Shown: one piece after another, positions 37,700 to 44,825 of the stretch
Layout: each line of letters begins with the position of its first letter
How positions within the stretch are numbered: the first letter of the stretch is position 1
From: an uncultured Methanosarcinales archaeon
Lineage (GTDB): Archaea > Nanobdellota > Nanobdellia > Woesearchaeales > CAYVYK01
DNA length: 51,622 bases
Direction of reading: 5' to 3'
NCBI GenBank assembly: GCA_964455675.1
Contig: CAYVYK010000012.1
Span: forward strand, 1-51,622
The notes under the pieces: model-generated
Told to the model about the DNA's origin: nothing
The model's database searches: none
Seen by the model: the letters and a program-made list of their open reading frames with translations, nothing else
Translations under genes and position numbers: made by a program

Positions 37700-38349
37700 C
37701 GTACGCGGTAAAAAACCTCAGCAAATCTACAGCCATTATCAAGGCCGTTGGAGATGGCCTTCAAGTACACACTCCAGAGCAGGACAAGGATGGCGAGCTG
37801 CTGGCTCTTATGCGCCTTGAAAGCGGAGATCTTCTTTGGAAACGTGTCACTGATATCTACGACGAGCTTTGGGAGATTACGCTGACGAAAATTCACGAGC
37901 GTCCAGACATCGAACGAGTATATCTCACCTTGGTAGTTAATTTCCTTTGTCAGCTCGGTGATAAGCTTGTACACAGCACGGTGATCAGGATGGTAATCAT
38001 CGCTCGAATGCGTAAAAATTTTTGCGGGCTTATACTTCGTGATGACAAACTTCACGCGCTCGCGAAACTCAAGATCCTCGAAATCCTCAAGAAACTTGCC
38101 TTCCTTGACGTTAAAATACGTGATATCCTTGCCACCAAGAATACGCTCAGCACGCTGAGACTCGCGAACACGTGTGCGAATCGCTACCTCGGGACGGATA
38201 TGAGGATGGCTCTGCTCGCCAAAGGAGAATATCACAGATACGATACGCTTGCCCTCCTTTGCATACTTGGCTAATGCCCCACCTGCGCCAACAACCTGAT
38301 CATCATTGTGCGCGCAGAACGACAGTATGGTAACAGGTTTTTTCGCCAT
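37696..38349 (-). CDS. PIG-L/LmbE-family N-deacetylase
   Basis: AHNDD....GG, R..E...A..ILG, D.HPDH and AHKSQ; ATGA overlap with the GT4 gene. Confidence 0.88.
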   Translation of the reverse strand: MAKKPVTILSFCAHNDDQVVGAGGALAKYAKEGKRIVSVIFSFGEQSHPHIRPEVAIRTRVRESQRAERILGGKDITYFNVKEGKFLEDFEDLEFRERVKFVITKYKPAKIFTHSSDDYHPDHRAVYKLITELTKEINYQGEIYSFDVWTLVNFRQRNLPKLVVDISDTFPKKISAFKAHKSQQLAILVLLWSVYLKAISNGLDNGCRFAEVFYRVR

Positions 38350-38515
38350 GGACGAAAGATACTGGGTTAGGTTCTTAAACCTTTTTGATGCAGACGTAAT
38401 GCAGTCAAGGCACCATTCCCTATTTGGTCAATTGACTTCACTTGGGGGACTTTTTGTTGATGCAAAGAATACATCACTACAACGGCAAGCACTGTTCGAA
38501 AAGATACTCACTAAA

Positions 38516-38636
38516 CATTATTACGAGCCTTCGGCGAGCCCTGTTCCGTGAACAACACGATCAGGGAACAGGGCAACTGCTGCTGCGAGGAGCACAAGCA
38601 TGGAATGCATCGGTGCCGTCATGCGGACAAATCCAT
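38516..38636 (-). repeat. Structured dispersed element, copy A (candidate ncRNA or MITE)
   Basis: 116-nt ungapped core (38521-38636) is 97/116 identical to 51303-51418; stem GCCCTGTTCC/GGAACAGGGC. Strand inferred from G-U wobbles. Confidence 0.8.
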
Positions 38637-38813
38637 TGAGAGTGGAACCATCACAACTTCTGAAAGGCGTTTGACCTGTATTCTGAGCGGTAAGAAAAAT
38701 TCCGCCGTCAGTTGGTGAATATAAACCACTTTCGAATACTCGTGCACAATGTGGATAGCTAGGTCCACTCCTGTGTTAGCCCCCTCGGGAAATCACGAGA
38801 GCAAACAACAACG

Positions 38814-38821
38814 TTTATAAA
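38814..38821 (+). promoter_or_regulatory. TATA box of the tRNA gene
   Basis: TTTATAAA ending 25 nt upstream of tRNA position 1. Confidence 0.65.
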
Positions 38822-38846
38822 TCAAACCAAGCTTTCCCAGGGAGAC

Positions 38847-38938
38847 GCGCAGATGGTCTAATGGCTATGACAGTGGCCTTCCAGGGCAGGAGCTGCCAAG
38901 GTAAGCCGCTTATCCGGGTTCGAATCCCGGTCTGCGCA
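38847..38938 (+). tRNA. tRNA-Gly(TCC) with a 20-nt intron at 37/38 (38884-38903)
   Basis: Acceptor GCGCAGA/TCTGCGC plus discriminator A; D arm GTC..GAC; anticodon stem GTGGC/GCCGC with TCC at 38880-38882; T arm CCGGG-TTCGAAT-CCCGG; intron hairpin GGCAG-GAG-CTGCC; CCA not encoded. Confidence 0.93.
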
Positions 38939-39140
38939 TCGCGACAAAGAAGAGGGTTTCTGAATCATTACAAATAAACTTTAATCAACTGATGATTCAG
39001 AGGTAGAACCTGTTGTAACCATACAAGAGAACCATCGAGAGAGTACTCAGACAAGAGTATCACGACCCAGTTCTCGTACCCGAGTCACGAAATGCTGTCC
39101 ATGAGAATACTTTTTAAATACCAACATCCAGGAATGCTGT

Positions 39141-40304
39141 ATGGTCAAAAGAGGTGCGCTTATTCTGCTTCTCCTAGGCATCATGCTCCTTGGGATGGCT
39201 GCAGGCGCAACCGCAATCAGGTATTCCCTTGAGCCAAATTGCGCCGATGGCTACTGTGTCCCCGGAGAACCCATCATCTGGGATGTATACCTCTACAAGG
39301 TGAATGAGGAAAATGAGCGCCTCCAAGAGTATTCGATCATGGACGCACGGTTTCGAAAACCATACCATAAGGATACCAACGAGACATGGTTCCACACAGG
39401 AATATCATCTATATACCGAAGGCTGTACCTCTCTGCACCGACGCCAAACATCAATGATACATTCGTGTACTACTTCTGCTATCGGGTCGGAACCCTTTTT
39501 GACGACAAACGTTCGTACACAAACGAATACTGCTTCGAGGTCAACCACACCCTAAACCTCATCGAATGCAAGGAAAACAAACACTGCAGCAACAATCAAA
39601 CATGCGCAGGACACACGTGCCAGGACATCACGTGCGGATGGTGCCAGTATTTCAACGGAACTGCATGTACAGACTATCCCTGCTGCACTGACGGCCAATG
39701 CAGACTCTTCCAAGCATGCACGAACAACACCTGCGAAGACAAGATCTGCCAGCCAGGAGAATACCTCGTAAATCACACCTGCTCAACCGACAAGTGCGGA
39801 GCGGACGAGGCGATCATCAACTTTACCTGCACACCCCTTGCGTGCGGATTTGACGAAGGCTACGTCGACCACTCATGCGCACCACTCGACTGCGGAGTAA
39901 CACAGGGATACTTTAACCACACCTGCGTAAACCTGCTATGCCTGCCTCACCAAACATGGGGGAACCATACATGCCTCAATCTCTCCTGCAGAGATGTCGA
40001 GATACCAGAAAATCACCGATGCGTCCCACTCAAATGCACATTCCCATTCATCACCGAGGAGCATGAATGCCGGCTGAACACCATCCTCATCATTGAACTA
40101 CTCCTTTGCATTATCATCATTTTCATCTTCCTAAAAAATCTCGCGTTCTATGAACGGATCCAAAGAAAAAAAATGTTCAGCTCTCTTTGGAAACCATTTG
40201 AGGGGATGAGACACACGCGCGAAACACCCAAAACCCCCCAACCAAGCCAGAAACAGGAAGCAGCAAAACCTGAGGCGGCAAAACCAGAGACACCAAAAAC
40301 TTAA
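39141..40304 (+). CDS. Cysteine-rich surface protein with 16-aa tandem repeats
   Basis: Signal peptide, about 8 N[H/N/F]TC-x4-C units, C-terminal TM helix and a charged tail. Confidence 0.85.
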   Translation: MVKRGALILLLLGIMLLGMAAGATAIRYSLEPNCADGYCVPGEPIIWDVYLYKVNEENERLQEYSIMDARFRKPYHKDTNETWFHTGISSIYRRLYLSAPTPNINDTFVYYFCYRVGTLFDDKRSYTNEYCFEVNHTLNLIECKENKHCSNNQTCAGHTCQDITCGWCQYFNGTACTDYPCCTDGQCRLFQACTNNTCEDKICQPGEYLVNHTCSTDKCGADEAIINFTCTPLACGFDEGYVDHSCAPLDCGVTQGYFNHTCVNLLCLPHQTWGNHTCLNLSCRDVEIPENHRCVPLKCTFPFITEEHECRLNTILIIELLLCIIIIFIFLKNLAFYERIQRKKMFSSLWKPFEGMRHTRETPKTPQPSQKQEAAKPEAAKPETPKT

Positions 40305-40870
40305 CCGGTGTAGTGCTGTATCAAGGTACTCATTAAACCACGAGAAAGCCCATCATATTCATAGAAGGACATCACCTGGAAGCAATGGGCACCTTCGCAC
40401 CAGATATAACTCGTGGCGTCCGTCGAAATTGTACCTGAAGTAACATTCACCTCGCTTCCCTTCGCTGCAAAATCAAAAAAGTCCACCTGACGACCGAGGA
40501 TGTCTATCATCGTGTCACGAATGGTCGGATTCCTACGCTTGACACCATCGCGAAGATAGGACTGGCAACTAACACTGCTCATATTGCAGGAGAACATGTT
40601 CACAATGATTCTCTTCTTCTCAGATGAGTTTGCAATCTTGTAATATATGAAACCACGCTGGACAAATCCCTGGTCCTCCACGTGCAGGACCTCAACCTTA
40701 TCATAATTTAGCCCTGGAACACTTGGAGGAACAAAGTCATGCACACTCGCTTCCCCATCATCAATGAGTAAAGGAGGACCCGTCGGAATAGGAGTCGGGG
40801 TAGCTCGAAGCTGCTCCTCTGCACAACCTAGCATCAGGAACATGAACACCAAAGGAATTACCCACTTCAT
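40301..40870 (-). CDS. Putative lipoprotein
   Basis: MKWVIPLVFMFLMLGC lipobox-like signal followed by a P/T linker; start trimmed to ATG 40870. Confidence 0.7.
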   Translation of the reverse strand: MKWVIPLVFMFLMLGCAEEQLRATPTPIPTGPPLLIDDGEASVHDFVPPSVPGLNYDKVEVLHVEDQGFVQRGFIYYKIANSSEKKRIIVNMFSCNMSSVSCQSYLRDGVKRRNPTIRDTMIDILGRQVDFFDFAAKGSEVNVTSGTISTDATSYIWCEGAHCFQVMSFYEYDGLSRGLMSTLIQHYTG

Positions 40871-40963
40871 GCGCAGAAGGAGGAAAAGAGGAGACATATA
40901 AGGCTTATGATTCTAGATCAACCGACACAACTTTTTTATACCATCAAACAAACTCTGAATATC

Positions 40964-42238
40964 ATGCTTGATATCCGACAGATACGGGAGAATCCCGAGA
41001 AATTCCGAAAAGATTTGCAGAAGCGCCGCGACGAAGCAAAAATAGCCCTGTTTGATGACCTACTTCAAAAAGACAAAGAGTATCGCCAGGCACTTGCCAG
41101 AAGCGAACAACTTCGGAGAGAACGCAATGATGTCACTTCTGCAATCAGTGAACTTCGCAAGCACCAGAAGGATCCCAAGAATGAGTTCGTAAAGGCAAAA
41201 GAGATTGCGAGCCAACTCAAAAAGGTGGAAGCAACGCTTGAGGAACTTAAACAAGCGACGCATGACATGCTCCTCCAACTTCCCAATCTTACGCATGAGA
41301 GCGTACCCTATGGAAAAGATGACACGGAAAACGTTGAAGTGCGATCATGGGGAAAGAAAAGCACAAAGGACATCAAGAACCACGCAGAACTCGCTGAAAC
41401 ACTAGGTATCGCGGACTTCGAAAAAGCGGCAATCACCTCGGGAAAAGGATTCTACTACCTCAAAGGAGGGCTTGCACTCCTCAACCAAGCGCTCATACGC
41501 TACGCGGTTGATACCCTCATCAAGAAGGGATTCACGTATGTTGAACCACCCTACCTCATCAGCAGAAAAGTCATTGACGGTGTCACCGACTTTCAAACAT
41601 TCCAAGACAGCGTGTACAAGATCGAAGGAGAAGACCTCCACCTCATTTCCACATCAGAGCATCCGCTCGTCGGTATGTACATGAACACAACAATCCCCGA
41701 GAATCAGCTACCGATCAAACTTGTCGGATACAGTGCGTGCTTCCGCAAAGAAATCGGGAGCCACGGAATTGATGAGAAAGGATTCTTCCGCGTGCACCAA
41801 TTCCACAAGGTCGAAATGGTCGTGATCTGCAAGCCGGAACAGAGCTGGAAGATCCATGAAGAGATCACAAAACTGTCTGAAGAGATCTACAAGAAACTTG
41901 GCATACCTTACCGGATCGTCAACATCTGCACCGGGGACCTTGGCGTCGTTGCCGCAAAGAAATATGATCTTGAAGCATGGATGCCAAGGCAACAAAAATA
42001 TCGCGAAGTCGGATCTTCGAGCAACTGCACAGACTACCAGGCACGCAGACTCAACATCCGATACGGGACAGCGGGAGCACCGCAAAACCCCCTCGTCCAC
42101 ACCTTGAACAACACCGCAATCGCAACATCACGCGCGATGGTTGCGATCCTTGAGAATATGCAGCAAACCGACGGATCAATCAAGGTACCAAAACCCCTGC
42201 ATAAATATATGAACGGCATCAAGGTCGTCAAGGCCTAA
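40964..42238 (+). CDS. serS: Serine--tRNA ligase
   Basis: MLDI..IR, N-terminal coiled coil, TSE, CFRKE.G.HG....G.FRVHQFHKVE, KKYDLEAW, S.SNCTDYQARRL and HTLN.TA.A..R. Confidence 0.97.
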   Translation: MLDIRQIRENPEKFRKDLQKRRDEAKIALFDDLLQKDKEYRQALARSEQLRRERNDVTSAISELRKHQKDPKNEFVKAKEIASQLKKVEATLEELKQATHDMLLQLPNLTHESVPYGKDDTENVEVRSWGKKSTKDIKNHAELAETLGIADFEKAAITSGKGFYYLKGGLALLNQALIRYAVDTLIKKGFTYVEPPYLISRKVIDGVTDFQTFQDSVYKIEGEDLHLISTSEHPLVGMYMNTTIPENQLPIKLVGYSACFRKEIGSHGIDEKGFFRVHQFHKVEMVVICKPEQSWKIHEEITKLSEEIYKKLGIPYRIVNICTGDLGVVAAKKYDLEAWMPRQQKYREVGSSSNCTDYQARRLNIRYGTAGAPQNPLVHTLNNTAIATSRAMVAILENMQQTDGSIKVPKPLHKYMNGIKVVKA

Positions 42239-42298
42239 ATTGTTGTCACTCATCGCCGTGAACAACACTTAAAAACACGCGGGAATTCTCGATTACTC

Positions 42299-43747
42299 AT
42301 GGAACGAGTTGTCATCACGGGTCTAGGTGTCATCTCAAACCTTGGATACACCGTCGACGAATTCTGGAATAATCTCGTGCGTGGAGAATCCAGGATCTCA
42401 CGAATACCCTTCTTTGGGGAATCCGCAGATGATCTCCTTGCCACCATGTATCCCATTCAAAATTTCGGATGCCAGATCGGGGGGAAGATCGAGAGCTTCG
42501 ATGTCCAGCCGTACATCATAGGGGATAAGAAGCAGAAACTTGAAGGACAACGGCGATGGGACAAATACACAAAATTTGCGGTAGCCGCCGCGCACCAAGC
42601 ACTAACAGACGCAGGGCTACCGCTCGATAAACGCGGTGAACGAAACAATCGAGCGGCAGTCTTCTGGGGTAGCGGAACCGGCGGGCAGTCAAGTGCCGAA
42701 CGCGACCTCACGAAGCTCATGAATCCAGGCAAGCACACCATAGGACAAGTAATCGAGGCACTCAGAAGGGAGGGTCTCTACCAAAGCGGAAATCTCGTAC
42801 TCAGAGCAGGCGACCTTGAAACTGTCATAGATATCGGAAAGCCAGCGAGCGGAAAACCAGACGCGCTCACGATCACGAAGCTCATGGGAAATGCGGCACC
42901 CGCCCAAATCTCGATGAACTTTGGCATTCGCGGACCATCAGTCGACATTGCCACAGCATGCAGCTCGGCAGGAACAGCTATGTACTTTGCCCTCGGAGAA
43001 CTACGGCAGGCAAAGTTTGACTATATCATCGCCGGAGGGTCCGAAGCAGTCATGACACCAGTTGCCTTCGGTAGCTTTGGCCGCATGAAAGCCATGTGTA
43101 CAGACTCAAATGACAATCCAACTCGAGGTTCACGACCATTCAACAGGGATAGAAGCGGATTTGTCATGAGCGAGGGAGCAGGAGCGCTTATCTTCGAGAC
43201 GTATTCACACGCAATCGCACGAGGAGCAAGAATCTACGCAGAAGTCATGAATATTGGCTGTAACTGTGACGCGTTTGATATCACAAACCCCGACCAGGAC
43301 CAGGTATATGAATGCATCAGGCAAGCACTTTCTGATAAGGATGGAAGGTTTGATGAAGCTGCCGCGCGCAGAATCGGCTACGTGAACGCGCACGGCACAA
43401 GCACGCCGGTAAATGACATTGCAGAACCAAAAGCTGTGGAACGAGTGCTTGCGCCGTATGTACCAGAGATTGTTATATCGTCAACAAAATCAGAAACGGG
43501 ACACCTGATCGGAGCCGCGGCCGCAGTCGAAGCACTCATCTGCTGCAAAGTGCTCGAGACAGGAGATATTCCGCCTACGATCAATCTTACCGACCCTGAT
43601 CCAGAATTACCTGCACTCAACTATGTGCCAAATACTGCAATCCATCGAAAGGTAGTGGCATGCCTCTCAAACTCGTTTGGATTTGGGGGACACAACACGT
43701 GCGTTAGGGTTGAAGCGATACCTGAGTGTTTCTACAAGAACGGGTAA
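42299..43747 (+). CDS. fabF: Beta-ketoacyl-ACP synthase II (FabF-like)
   Basis: RVVITGLG, TACSS (Cys), AGGSEA, SRPF...RSGFV..EGAG, VNAHGTST (His), KS..GH..GAA (His) and SNSFGFGGHN. Confidence 0.9.
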   Translation: MERVVITGLGVISNLGYTVDEFWNNLVRGESRISRIPFFGESADDLLATMYPIQNFGCQIGGKIESFDVQPYIIGDKKQKLEGQRRWDKYTKFAVAAAHQALTDAGLPLDKRGERNNRAAVFWGSGTGGQSSAERDLTKLMNPGKHTIGQVIEALRREGLYQSGNLVLRAGDLETVIDIGKPASGKPDALTITKLMGNAAPAQISMNFGIRGPSVDIATACSSAGTAMYFALGELRQAKFDYIIAGGSEAVMTPVAFGSFGRMKAMCTDSNDNPTRGSRPFNRDRSGFVMSEGAGALIFETYSHAIARGARIYAEVMNIGCNCDAFDITNPDQDQVYECIRQALSDKDGRFDEAAARRIGYVNAHGTSTPVNDIAEPKAVERVLAPYVPEIVISSTKSETGHLIGAAAAVEALICCKVLETGDIPPTINLTDPDPELPALNYVPNTAIHRKVVACLSNSFGFGGHNTCVRVEAIPECFYKNG

Positions 43748-43780
43748 TACTCAACAGCCGCGCGCGAGACCATTGATACT

Positions 43781-43845
43781 ATTATCACGAGCCCTCGGCA
43801 CACCCTTTTCCTTCCACAATGAACGGCCCGGAAAAGGGCAACAGT
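43781..43845 (-). repeat. Structured dispersed element, copy C (partial, diverged)
   Basis: ATTATCACGAGCCCTCGGCACACCCTTTTCC...GGAAAAGGGCAAC aligns with the left half of copies A and B, with a compensatory stem change. Confidence 0.7.
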
Positions 43846-43923
43846 TCTCTTGGGATAATGATCAGAGCCGCAGCGAAACGCTTATTAAGTCTAAAGCATG
43901 CAATGCGAGAAAAGAGGTGCGTT

Positions 43924-44379
43924 ATGAAGCTGCCAGGGTGGGCGTTGTTTATCGCGGGTATCGTCGTCATGGGATACTCGCTTATATCACAGAACAAGAA
44001 ACTCCTATTCTTCATATGGCTAGGCCTTGTGGTCGCAATTTACGGGCTCATCCGCATGATCTTTGACTTCCTCTCCGCACAGCGCGAACGAAAACAGGCA
44101 CCGCAAACACAGTACCGCCCGCATCAACCGACGTCAGAATGGGTACATGCCGAACGTAACCAACAGCAACATCACGCCCAGCACTATCAGCACCCAGCGG
44201 GCCCGGTTCAGCAGTATGCACAGCATCATCCCGCCGCGCACCAACAGTTCATGATGCGACCGCACCCCCAGCAAACAAGCGCAAGCATTCCCATGCTCTG
44301 CTCCTGCGGAGGAGCGTACCTGAGACCAACTGACAATTTCTGCTCCGCATGTGGACGAAGCGCGAGACGCACTCGCTAA
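43924..44379 (+). CDS. Membrane protein with Q/H-rich linker and C-terminal zinc ribbon
   Basis: Two TM helices, a QQQHHAQHYQHP-type tract and C.CG...NFCSACG; start trimmed to ATG 43924. Confidence 0.75.
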   Translation: MKLPGWALFIAGIVVMGYSLISQNKKLLFFIWLGLVVAIYGLIRMIFDFLSAQRERKQAPQTQYRPHQPTSEWVHAERNQQQHHAQHYQHPAGPVQQYAQHHPAAHQQFMMRPHPQQTSASIPMLCSCGGAYLRPTDNFCSACGRSARRTR

Positions 44380-44411
44380 ATTTAAATAACGCGCCGCACA
44401 CCACAACCAGC

Positions 44412-44825
44412 ATGAAAATCTACCAGATATGGGGGGTCATCGTCGCGCTTCTCGCAATCCTCGCCCTGGTTCTAGGGGCAGTCCTTGACGATTATTATGC
44501 AGCATTCAAAGCAGTATTCGGCATCGTATACATCCTCTTCATCCCGGGATACTTTCTCACACTCGCATTCTTCAAAGAAGTTGATCTCCTTGAGAGAATC
44601 ACGCTTTCCGTCGCACTCAGCATCGCTACTGTGCCGCTCGTCGTGATCACTGGCAACCGCTACCTTCACCTCATCGTCAACACGTTCAACATTATCCTTG
44701 AAGTGCTGCTTATCATTGCGATCGCACTCGTATTCCTGTATTTCCAGTCAAGAAAGTCAGGTGTGCGGACAGCAAAAAAAGTTGTGAAGAAAACGTCAAG
44801 AACTAAGAAACGCAAGCCACGCTAA
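44412..44825 (+). CDS. DUF1616-like membrane protein
   Basis: LFIPGY.LT.AFF..VD.LERI.LS.ALSI motif; TATA TTTAAATA upstream; basic tail. Confidence 0.7.
   Translation: MKIYQIWGVIVALLAILALVLGAVLDDYYAAFKAVFGIVYILFIPGYFLTLAFFKEVDLLERITLSVALSIATVPLVVITGNRYLHLIVNTFNIILEVLLIIAIALVFLYFQSRKSGVRTAKKVVKKTSRTKKRKPR

Noticed and set aside
38521..38636. DGR template/variable repeat pair with 51303-51418
   Set aside because: Mismatches are not adenine-specific, both copies are intergenic, and there is no reverse transcriptase in the window.
38521..38636. Hammerhead/HDV ribozyme or tracrRNA identity for the element
   Set aside because: The minus strand has CUGAUCG rather than CUGANGA with GAAA, I could not build an HDV nested pseudoknot, and the GGCACCGA match to a tracrRNA tail is only 8 nt.
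38940..39140. Integrated element at the tRNA-Gly 3' end
   Set aside because: No integrase and no duplicated tRNA 3' fragment; only a 10-bp inverted repeat (TCTGAATCAT/ATGATTCAGA).
42708..42886. 14-nt direct repeat TCACGAAGCTCATG flanking the FabF insertion
   Set aside because: It encodes TKLM twice in preferred codons, its spacing does not match the insertion length, and the same 14-mer occurs at 5780 in an unrelated gene.
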